From assembly GCA_903881515.1 (NCBI GenBank), contig CAIRTN010000008.1, positions 1 through 63,398 on the forward strand: a stretch of DNA of 63,398 bases, written 5' to 3'. The notes beneath the pieces were generated by a model, which saw only the letters and a list, made by a program, of their open reading frames with translations, searched no databases and was not told the DNA's origin. This document shows positions 8,681 to 16,044 of the stretch, one piece after another. The position numbers and the translations under genes are program-made. How positions within the stretch are numbered: position 1 is the stretch's first letter; each line of letters opens with the position of its first letter. This DNA comes from an uncultured Rhodospirillales bacterium (GTDB lineage: Bacteria; Pseudomonadota; Alphaproteobacteria; Acetobacterales; Acetobacteraceae).

Positions 8681-9331
8681 TCACCTGTCGATCTGGCTGA
8701 CCAGCAACGGTGGTGCCGCAGTGGCAGCGGCACCCAGCAGTAGCGACAGGCGCTGGCCGGCATCGGCCGCCATCAGCACGGTCAGCGGCGCCTGGATATC
8801 GCGCGGGGTGGCGTCGCGCAGCACTTCATGGATGCGATCAGGCGCTGCTAGCAGGCCGGGCAGTGTGTCTGGCCAGGCGGCATGCGGGCCATCAATCAGA
8901 ATGACGACTCCGCTTGCGGCATCCCCTTGCAACGCGATGGTGCCGCCGCGCGGCAGGCTTTCGACCGCGAGCAGCAGCACGTTCAGCAGCAAACGGCTGG
9001 CCAGTGGCGCAAAGCGCGATTCGGGCGCGAGGTGGCTACAGTCAAGCCTTATACGCCGGCCTGGCAAGCCGCTGGCGAGGTGCTCCAGGCTCGCGCGATC
9101 CAGGGAATCGCCAGCTTGACCCCAGGCAGCGCGCAGCAGGATCAGCCGGCGGATGGCAACGGTCGCGGCCTCCTGAGCCAGTGCCGCCCCCTCAGCCGCC
9201 ATCGCGGAGCAGGCCGCCGCTTCTGCCAGTCCGGCGCCCAAGCCGTTCAGCGGACCGCTTAGATCGTGGCACAGCCGGTTCGCGAGCAGTTCGGCGAGCC
9301 TGAGCGCGGCGGACGAGGCGAGATTGGTCAT
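8681..9331 (-). CDS. ChpT-family histidine phosphotransferase-like protein
   Basis: LANRLCHDLSGPLNGL matches the ChpT (Caulobacter) LAARLCHDFISP phospho-His helix. It is followed by a degenerate CA-like domain. ATG preceded by AGGAG. The gene lies 105 nt upstream of cheA on the same strand. Confidence 0.7.
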   Translation of the reverse strand: MTNLASSAALRLAELLANRLCHDLSGPLNGLGAGLAEAAACSAMAAEGAALAQEAATVAIRRLILLRAAWGQAGDSLDRASLEHLASGLPGRRIRLDCSHLAPESRFAPLASRLLLNVLLLAVESLPRGGTIALQGDAASGVVILIDGPHAAWPDTLPGLLAAPDRIHEVLRDATPRDIQAPLTVLMAADAGQRLSLLLGAAATAAPPLLVSQIDR

Positions 9332-9462
9332 CGTCAGTCTCCTACGCGGCGCCGGAGGGCGCCTGGACGGTCATTTTCCGGGGGCGACATCGGCGGTATG
9401 CTCGATGTGTTTTTCGCCAGCAGCGTCGCCTCGACGTTCGGGAGCGAGGAAAGGGGGTAGGC

Positions 9463-9633
9463 GTGACGTCTTTCCTGGAGCCTGGAGTATGGGTGCGCCA
9501 TCCAAAGCAGCCTGACTGGGGCGATGGACAGGTGCAATCAGTGATCGGCGAGCGCGTCACCGTCAATTTCGAGCATGTTGGTAAAGTCCTGGTGAACACG
9601 CGGGTGGTGACGCTGGAGCGGATCGACGGGTGA
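9463..9633 (+). CDS. DUF3553-like small protein (56 aa)
   Basis: Absent from the ORF track (GTG start, under 60 aa). Translation: VTSFLEPGVWVRHPKQPDWGDGQVQSVIGERVTVNFEHVGKVLVNTRVVTLERIDG. GAAAGGGGG SD lies 5-6 nt upstream. The W-HP-WG-G-V...VTVNFE..GK pattern matches what I recall of the alphaproteobacterial DUF3553 family. Confidence 0.55.
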   Translation: MTSFLEPGVWVRHPKQPDWGDGQVQSVIGERVTVNFEHVGKVLVNTRVVTLERIDG

Positions 9634-9709
9634 TAACGTGGTGGCCTATCTTGCATGATGGGGTCGGAGGCACGATCTTGCGTCATATGTACATGGATAC
9701 AACCCCGGT

Positions 9710-10696
9710 ATGATCGATCCCTTCGGCCGCGCGATCACCTATCTGCGCGTATCGGTCACCGACCGGTGCGACCTGCGTTGTACCTATTGCATGGCCGAGG
9801 ACATGACCTTCCTGCCGAAGGCCGAGATCCTCAGCCTGGAGGAGATGGACCGGCTGTGCGCGGCGTTCATCCGCCTGGGCACCACGAAAATCCGCATCAC
9901 CGGCGGCGAGCCGCTGGTGCGCCGGGGCGTGATGGGGCTGTTTGAGGCGTTGGGCGCGCGGCTGGGGCAGGGGTTGGAGGAGTTGACCCTGACCACGAAC
10001 GGCACGCAGCTGGCGAAATATGCCGAGGCACTGGCGAAATGCGGTGTGCGACGGGTGAATGTCAGCCTCGACACGCTGGATGTGGCGAAATTCGCCGAGG
10101 CGACGCGCTGGGGCAAGATCGAGAAGACGCTGGACGGCATCTTTGCCGCGCAGGCCGCGGGGCTGGCGGTGAAGATTAATGCCGTGGCGTTGAAAGGGTT
10201 CAACGAAGAGGAGTTCGACGCGATGCTGGCCTGGACCGGGCAGCACGGCTTTGACCTCTGCCTGATCGAAACCATGCCGATGGGCGAGATCGACGCCGAC
10301 CGGACCGATCAGTACCTGCCGCTGTCGCTGGTGCGTTCGCGGCTGCGCAAGCGCTGGACGCTGAACGATACCGATTACCGCACCGGCGGACCGGCGCGGT
10401 ACTACACGGTGGCCGAGACCGGAGCGCGGATCGGCTTCATCACGCCGATGACGCATAATTTCTGCGAATCCTGCAACCGGGTGCGGCTGACCTGCACCGG
10501 CACACTGTATATGTGCCTGGGCCAGGACGACGCGGCGGATTTCCGTAAGGTGCTGCGGGCCGGCGCCGACGATGCCACGTTGGATGCCGCCATCTTCGCG
10601 GCGATCGCGCGCAAGCCGAAGGGCCATGATTTCGTGATCGACCGCAACACGCCGCGCGCCGCGGTGGCGCGGCATATGAGCGTGACCGGCGGTTAA
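9710..10696 (+). CDS. moaA: GTP 3',8-cyclase (molybdenum cofactor biosynthesis protein A)
   Basis: Radical-SAM motif CDLRCTYCM near the N-terminus and a C-terminal [10 protein letters not shown] cluster. Confidence 0.93.
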   Translation: MIDPFGRAITYLRVSVTDRCDLRCTYCMAEDMTFLPKAEILSLEEMDRLCAAFIRLGTTKIRITGGEPLVRRGVMGLFEALGARLGQGLEELTLTTNGTQLAKYAEALAKCGVRRVNVSLDTLDVAKFAEATRWGKIEKTLDGIFAAQAAGLAVKINAVALKGFNEEEFDAMLAWTGQHGFDLCLIETMPMGEIDADRTDQYLPLSLVRSRLRKRWTLNDTDYRTGGPARYYTVAETGARIGFITPMTHNFCESCNRVRLTCTGTLYMCLGQDDAADFRKVLRAGADDATLDAAIFAAIARKPKGHDFVIDRNTPRAAVARHMSVTGG

Positions 10697-10698
10697 AC

Positions 10699-11979
10699 TC
10701 AGCCGACCTTCAGCGTGAACGCCACGCACCAGTTCATCAGCGGATAGGGCTGGCCGTTCAGGTGGGCAATGTCGGCTGCCGGGGCGTGGCCGGTGGCGGG
10801 GTCGTAGACATAGCAATCCTCGGCGCGGGTCGGGTCGCTGTCATGCAGACAGCCGCGGCCGTGATGGCGGGTCTGGCCGGCGTAGCGCACGAACAGTCCG
10901 GTCTCTGGCGCGCGCGCCAGAGACAGAGTGACCGTATCGGGCGCGGTGATCGTGGCTGTGCTCGGGATCTCGCCCGAATCGTCGGCAACGAGGAAGCCCG
11001 CATCGGGGAAGCGCACCCGCTGGCGGCCGTGAAACGGGGCGCCGAAACGCAGGGGCGGCACAGGGACATGAAAGCGCAGGTCGAGAGTTTGGCCGCGCAG
11101 CTTGGCCAAAACCGGGTGCAGCGGCCGCCAGTCCACGCCGCGATCCAGCACGGCGTGCATCACCTTGCCGAACTGCGCGCCCAGCCAGCGATAGCCGTTG
11201 GCATCGAGATGGCCGCCCTTTTCGGTGACCGGATAGACCGGAGCGGCCATGAAGACGCCGGGTGTGGTAAGCCCCATCTGCAACTGCGCCATCGGAATGG
11301 CCATGCTGTCGGCGGCATAGGCGCCGCCGGTCTGGTAAAGGAACAGGGCAGGCTCGCCTGAACCCAACGTGTTGTTAACGTCGGCATGGAAGCGGCGCAG
11401 CAGGGCACCATAGCTCTCGGCGTCGCTGGCGCAGCCGTCGAGGCCCCAGTTGTTCGACTCGCCTTGCAGGAACAGCACCGCGGTCAGCCTGTAGCTGCGC
11501 CCCGCCCCGGCGGCGGCGGCGCGGGCATGGCGGACGCAATCGCGCAGGCGGTTGAACAGCCCGCCCGGCGCGCCGTCCAGCAACGCTTCCAGCGGCCGGC
11601 CGCCGACGCCGCAGGCGCTGCCGAGCAGGCGGTGGGTGCCGGGGCGAATGCCATCGGCGAGCATACGCGCGCGCCAGAAGGCCAGCGCGCCCTCGATTAC
11701 CGTCTCGCCCATGGCGACGTCGCCCTGCGGCAGGGCGGCAACCTCGACGGGCGTCAGCAGCCGGCCGCCATGCACGGTCTGCACGGTGGCGGTGAGGGGG
11801 TGCAGTGCCGCGTCGCCGACCGGTTCGAAATGCGGGGAGCCATCCTCGCGCGGGCGGACTGAATGGCCAAGCATAAGGTTATCGAACCGGGGATGGCGCG
11901 ACAGGGCCGGCCAGCCTTCCCAACCTGTGGACAGCGACTGGCCATAGGCGATCACATGGTTGACATCGGCGAGCGGCAT
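10699..11979 (-). CDS. hypothetical protein, possible SGNH/CE6-like esterase fold
   Basis: ORF 10699..12042. Start moved to ATG 11979 (MPLADVNHVIAYGQSLSTG). The GQS nucleophile-like motif, FLQGESN and a later GGHLD motif resemble sialate O-acetylesterase/DUF303 proteins. The functional assignment is weak. Confidence 0.6.
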   Translation of the reverse strand: MPLADVNHVIAYGQSLSTGWEGWPALSRHPRFDNLMLGHSVRPREDGSPHFEPVGDAALHPLTATVQTVHGGRLLTPVEVAALPQGDVAMGETVIEGALAFWRARMLADGIRPGTHRLLGSACGVGGRPLEALLDGAPGGLFNRLRDCVRHARAAAAGAGRSYRLTAVLFLQGESNNWGLDGCASDAESYGALLRRFHADVNNTLGSGEPALFLYQTGGAYAADSMAIPMAQLQMGLTTPGVFMAAPVYPVTEKGGHLDANGYRWLGAQFGKVMHAVLDRGVDWRPLHPVLAKLRGQTLDLRFHVPVPPLRFGAPFHGRQRVRFPDAGFLVADDSGEIPSTATITAPDTVTLSLARAPETGLFVRYAGQTRHHGRGCLHDSDPTRAEDCYVYDPATGHAPAADIAHLNGQPYPLMNWCVAFTLKVG

Positions 11980-11987
11980 TGGGCTGC

Positions 11988-12710
11988 CTAGCAGCCGAGC
12001 CGGGTTGCGAGGTCCTCGATATCGGCGGCAATGACGTCCCACGGTGCATCGGCGACGAAATCGCGCACCTGGTGCGGGCCGTATTCGGTGGGCCGCGCGA
12101 AGAACGCAGTGCGCAGGCCGCAGGCGCGCGCGGCGGCCAGGTCGCCGTTATGGGCGGCGGCCATCATCACCTGCTGCGGCGCCAGGCCGAGCAGCTTTGC
12201 CGCGCCGAGATAGGTTTCTGGGTCGGGCTTGTAATGGCCGAACAGCTCGGTGGCGCAGATCATGTCCCACGGGATGCCGGCCGCCTTCGCCATGTTCAGC
12301 AGCAGGGAGACATTGCCGTTCGACAGCGGGGCGATGATAAAGTGCTGCTTCAGCCGGGTCAGTCCGGCGACCGAATCCGACCAGGGCTTCAGCCGGTGCC
12401 AGCCGCGGTTGATCCAATCCAGTTCGGCCTCGCCGAGACCGGTGATCCCGAATTGGATGACGAGCCGCTCGAGCGTGGCGCGGTGCAGATCGTCGAGGAT
12501 GGTCCAGGGCAGTTCGCCGCGGCGGACGCGGTCCATCGAGGGGGCATAGGCGCCGCGCCAGGCATCAATCAGCCCGGCCCAGTCCGCCGTGATGCCACGG
12601 GCGGCGCCCCAGGCGGAGAGTTCGCCGATCAGGCTGCCGCGCCAGTCGACGACGGTGCCGAAGGTGTCGAACAGGATGGCGCGGACGTCGGAGAGCGGGC
12701 GATCGGACAT
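11988..12710 (-). CDS. haloacid dehalogenase type II / HAD-superfamily hydrolase
   Basis: Motif I FDTFGTVVDW, plus SNG and downstream HAD motifs. Start set at the internal ATG 12710 (MSDRPL). Confidence 0.75.
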   Translation of the reverse strand: MSDRPLSDVRAILFDTFGTVVDWRGSLIGELSAWGAARGITADWAGLIDAWRGAYAPSMDRVRRGELPWTILDDLHRATLERLVIQFGITGLGEAELDWINRGWHRLKPWSDSVAGLTRLKQHFIIAPLSNGNVSLLLNMAKAAGIPWDMICATELFGHYKPDPETYLGAAKLLGLAPQQVMMAAAHNGDLAAARACGLRTAFFARPTEYGPHQVRDFVADAPWDVIAADIEDLATRLGC

Positions 12711-12751
12711 GGCCGGACTGTGTCCTGCGGTGCGGGGGTGTTGCAAGAGGG

Positions 12752-15700
12752 TCAGTTACGCGGCTCGCCGGTCGAGGTGGAGCCGCCGGCGGGCGGCGCG
12801 GTGGGCATGCGGCGCGGTGCCGGCGGCGGATCGCCAGGCACCGGAATGGCGTTGGGCGAGTCGAACACGCCGAACAGGCCGCGCAGGAAGCCCGGAGTGA
12901 TCGCGCTGAGCGGATTGACCCCGATCGCCGGGTCGTCGAAATCGCCGCGCATCGACCAGTTGGCGGCGATCAGGCCGCCGCCCTTCTCCGGGCTGAGCAG
13001 CGAGCCGATCAGCGGCAGCCGGCCGAGCAGGGAGTTGAGGAAGTAAATTGGCACGATGGTACCCTGCACATCGGCCTTGCGCAGGCCGAGATCGGCGCGG
13101 CCCTTCGCTGTCATGCCCAGCGAGGCGTTGAAGGCGCGGGCGTCGTTGATTTCCAGCGTGTCCTCGGCCAGCCGGAATGGCGCGGTGAGTTGCATGAAGG
13201 CGAGATCGGGGGAGCGGATAACGTCGATCAGGCCATAGACCGAGAACGCCTGCAGCAGCTTGCCGAAGCCGGCACCGTTGCGCATGGCGAAGTCGGTGAT
13301 CTCGGCGGTGCCAGACAGGCGATGGTCGTTGCGGGTGTCGTCGTAGCGCCCGGTGAGGTTCATCTGTCCGCCACGCATGTCGCTGACGATATCGAGGCCG
13401 CGCAGCAGGCCGCCGGCGTCTTCGGCTTGGGCGGTCAGGCGGCGGCCGGCGAGGTCGGGCGCGATGGTGAGGTTGAACGCGCCGCCATCGGGTTTGGTGC
13501 GGCCGATCATGCTCAGGCTGGGGTTGATCCAGCCATCGCTGCTGCCGCGCAGGGCGAGTGCGTAGAGCGTGGCGTCGTTGGCCATCGTCACCCGCTCGAA
13601 GCGCAGATCGGCGGTCCAGAGCGGGCCGCGCTTGCGCGGGCCGGGCGGGGGCGTGGTGCGGGTCAGCGGGCCGGAGGCGTCGAGCAGGGCGCCTTGCAGC
13701 ACGATGGTCCAGGCGCCGTCTGCCGAAGCCGGCCAGCCGATCTCGCCGCTGGCATCGATCGCCTTGCCGAGCGCGACCCGCGCGAAGCGCAGGCGGTGCG
13801 GCTTGCCATCTGCGATGTCCAGGCTGGCATCGGCATTGAAGCCCTGGCCGGCGAGGCGGATGGCGTCGATGCCGGTGAGGTGCGCGTGGTCCAGTTGCAG
13901 CCGGGCATCCAGCGTGCCGGCGGTGCCGGCGGGTTTCTTCCAGTTCAGATCGTCGATATGCAGTTCGGCGTCCTTGAGGTCGGCACGCACGACGACCTCG
14001 CCGCGGCCGCTGCGCCGCTCGGTCAGTTCCGCGCGCAGGCCGATACGGCCCGCAAGATAGGCGCTGGCGTCGGTGCCGAACCGGGCCATCTGGTCGGCGG
14101 GGACGGTGGTCGCGACGGTGACTTTCTGCAGCACCTGGTTGGCGCCGCCCGTGCGGAAATCCTCTTCGATCGCCAGGGTGGCGGGAAGACCGGCGAGGTT
14201 CGCGGTGCCGGTGACCTTCAGCCCGTCATTGCCGGCGGTGAGGTCAAGTGTGCCGGCGTCGAGGTCCCGGCCGGCGGCGATGCCGCCGAGATGCACGCCG
14301 GTAAGTTTCATCGCCGCCTGGATCCGCACCTCATCCACCGTCAATTCGTTCTTGAGCGGCAGGCGATCGACGGTGAGCTGGCCGGCAAAGCTGCCGGCGG
14401 GCTCGTTCATTGGCACCGGGCGCCTGTCGAGCAGCTTCAGCCTTGGGTGACGCAGCACGCCGAGCAGTTCGGCGACCGGGCCGGATAGCTGGGCGGAGAT
14501 GTCGGCAAATTGCGAGGTGCCGGCGAGACCGGTGAGGGTGACCAGCCCGCTCTTCAGTGCGATCGGCGGGCCGCCGGCGGCGCGGGTCTGCTGGCCTGAT
14601 GTGATGGCGATGTCGAGCGAATCGTCGCTGACCAGCCGCAGATGGCCGTCCAGTCCCTCGGCCGGCGGCACTGGGCGCAGCCAGTGCAGGGTCATGCCGT
14701 GGCCGTCGAGCCCGCCGGCGATATAGGTGATCTCGGCGTCGGAGAAATCGTCCGGCGCGGTCAGCGCCAGATCTACATGGCCGTTGGCGAACACGCCGTC
14801 GGTGATGTTCTCGACGATCCAGGGCCGCGTGCCCGGCCCGCCGACGCCGACCGGCCATATCCCAGGCAGGTCGGTGGCGGTGACGCGGTCAAGCGACAGC
14901 GACAGCGCGGCGAGGACCTTGCTGCCGTCGTGGCGCGCATGCGCCCAGCCGTTCAGCCGTGTACGCGCGCCCTCCGGGGTGGCCGCGACGTCGAGATGGT
15001 CGAGTTGCAGGTCGAGATCGGAGAGTGTGCCGTCGATCCGGGCCTCGCCGCTGACCACCGGCAGCACGCCGTCGACGATGTGGATGCCGCCCTGGCCGAG
15101 GGTGACATGGGCGGACAGGCTGGGATGACGCAGGCCGGTATCGACCACGCCGGTCAGCTGCAGGGTCAGCGGCAGGTCGATATCGGCGAGCAGCGCCAGC
15201 CGGGGCACGGCGGCGGCGATCGCCGAGGGGCGCAGCGGCGGCAGGTTCGCGGTGACGGTGACGCGGTCGCTGGCCGGGGGCAGGGTGATGGTGGCGCCGG
15301 CGTGGACCGGGGTGTCGCCCAGCATGACGTCGAAGCCCGCGGAGCCGTCGATGCCGCCGGCGGCGCCGCGCACCAGCTCGATCGCCGCGCGCGGCACGCG
15401 CCAGGTGGTGTCGAGCCCGCGGTCGATCACGGTGAGGTCGGCGTCGCGGATGCTGAAGCGGGTGAGTTCGCCCAGCACGCCGCTGCTGCCGTCGCGGACC
15501 AGCGGGGCGGCCAGTTCGGCGAGGGCTGCGGCGATGGCGGCGGTCATGCCGGGCTCGTCGCCGCCGGGGGTGGCTTCGGCGGAGCCGATCTCCAGGCTGC
15601 CATCCTGGTTGCGCCAGACCCTGAGCTGCGGCGCGACGACAGCGAGGCTGCTGGGCCGCAGCCTGCCGTGCAGCAGTCCGGCGACGGAAAGCGCGACCTC

Positions 15701-16030
15701 GGCCTGCGGGATAGCGGCGATACGCCGGGCCTGGGCGTCGTGCAGCACGATGCCGGAGACGCGGATGACCAGCGGCGCGCTGCCGCCGGCGCGGAAGCCT
15801 TCCCAGACCAGATCGACGTCGCCAACGTCGATCTCACCGCCGCCGAGCGTGCTGGCCGCCTGGGCGACGCGGCTGGTGGCCCAGGAGAGCGATACCGGAC
15901 CTTGTGCCAGCCGCCAGGTGACAAGGGCGCCAGCGACCGCCAGCGCGACCGCCAGCGTGACGATGATCGCCAGCACGCCGTGCAATGCACCCCTGGCCTC
16001 GCGGATGGCTTGACCGGCCATGTGCCTCAT
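12752..16030 (-). CDS. YhdP/AsmA-like giant envelope protein (DUF3971 plus AsmA_2-like C-terminus)
   Basis: About 1090 aa. N-terminal TM helix (VLAIIVTLAVALAVAGALV), long beta-rich body, and a conserved C-terminal LPLIGSLLSPEKGGGLIAANWSMRGDFDDPAIGVNPLS. The start is uncertain (16030, 16021 or 16078). Confidence 0.75.
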   Translation of the reverse strand: MRHMAGQAIREARGALHGVLAIIVTLAVALAVAGALVTWRLAQGPVSLSWATSRVAQAASTLGGGEIDVGDVDLVWEGFRAGGSAPLVIRVSGIVLHDAQARRIAAIPQAEVALSVAGLLHGRLRPSSLAVVAPQLRVWRNQDGSLEIGSAEATPGGDEPGMTAAIAAALAELAAPLVRDGSSGVLGELTRFSIRDADLTVIDRGLDTTWRVPRAAIELVRGAAGGIDGSAGFDVMLGDTPVHAGATITLPPASDRVTVTANLPPLRPSAIAAAVPRLALLADIDLPLTLQLTGVVDTGLRHPSLSAHVTLGQGGIHIVDGVLPVVSGEARIDGTLSDLDLQLDHLDVAATPEGARTRLNGWAHARHDGSKVLAALSLSLDRVTATDLPGIWPVGVGGPGTRPWIVENITDGVFANGHVDLALTAPDDFSDAEITYIAGGLDGHGMTLHWLRPVPPAEGLDGHLRLVSDDSLDIAITSGQQTRAAGGPPIALKSGLVTLTGLAGTSQFADISAQLSGPVAELLGVLRHPRLKLLDRRPVPMNEPAGSFAGQLTVDRLPLKNELTVDEVRIQAAMKLTGVHLGGIAAGRDLDAGTLDLTAGNDGLKVTGTANLAGLPATLAIEEDFRTGGANQVLQKVTVATTVPADQMARFGTDASAYLAGRIGLRAELTERRSGRGEVVVRADLKDAELHIDDLNWKKPAGTAGTLDARLQLDHAHLTGIDAIRLAGQGFNADASLDIADGKPHRLRFARVALGKAIDASGEIGWPASADGAWTIVLQGALLDASGPLTRTTPPPGPRKRGPLWTADLRFERVTMANDATLYALALRGSSDGWINPSLSMIGRTKPDGGAFNLTIAPDLAGRRLTAQAEDAGGLLRGLDIVSDMRGGQMNLTGRYDDTRNDHRLSGTAEITDFAMRNGAGFGKLLQAFSVYGLIDVIRSPDLAFMQLTAPFRLAEDTLEINDARAFNASLGMTAKGRADLGLRKADVQGTIVPIYFLNSLLGRLPLIGSLLSPEKGGGLIAANWSMRGDFDDPAIGVNPLSAITPGFLRGLFGVFDSPNAIPVPGDPPPAPRRMPTAPPAGGSTSTGEPRN

Positions 16031-16044
16031 GGCCAGCCTATCCC

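Noticed and set aside
9634-9709. Possible Moco riboswitch upstream of moaA
   Set aside because: The spacer is only 76 nt. The GCCTCCGA-like box I noticed is on the wrong (minus) strand, and I see no convincing Moco-motif helices. A covariance-model scan would be decisive.
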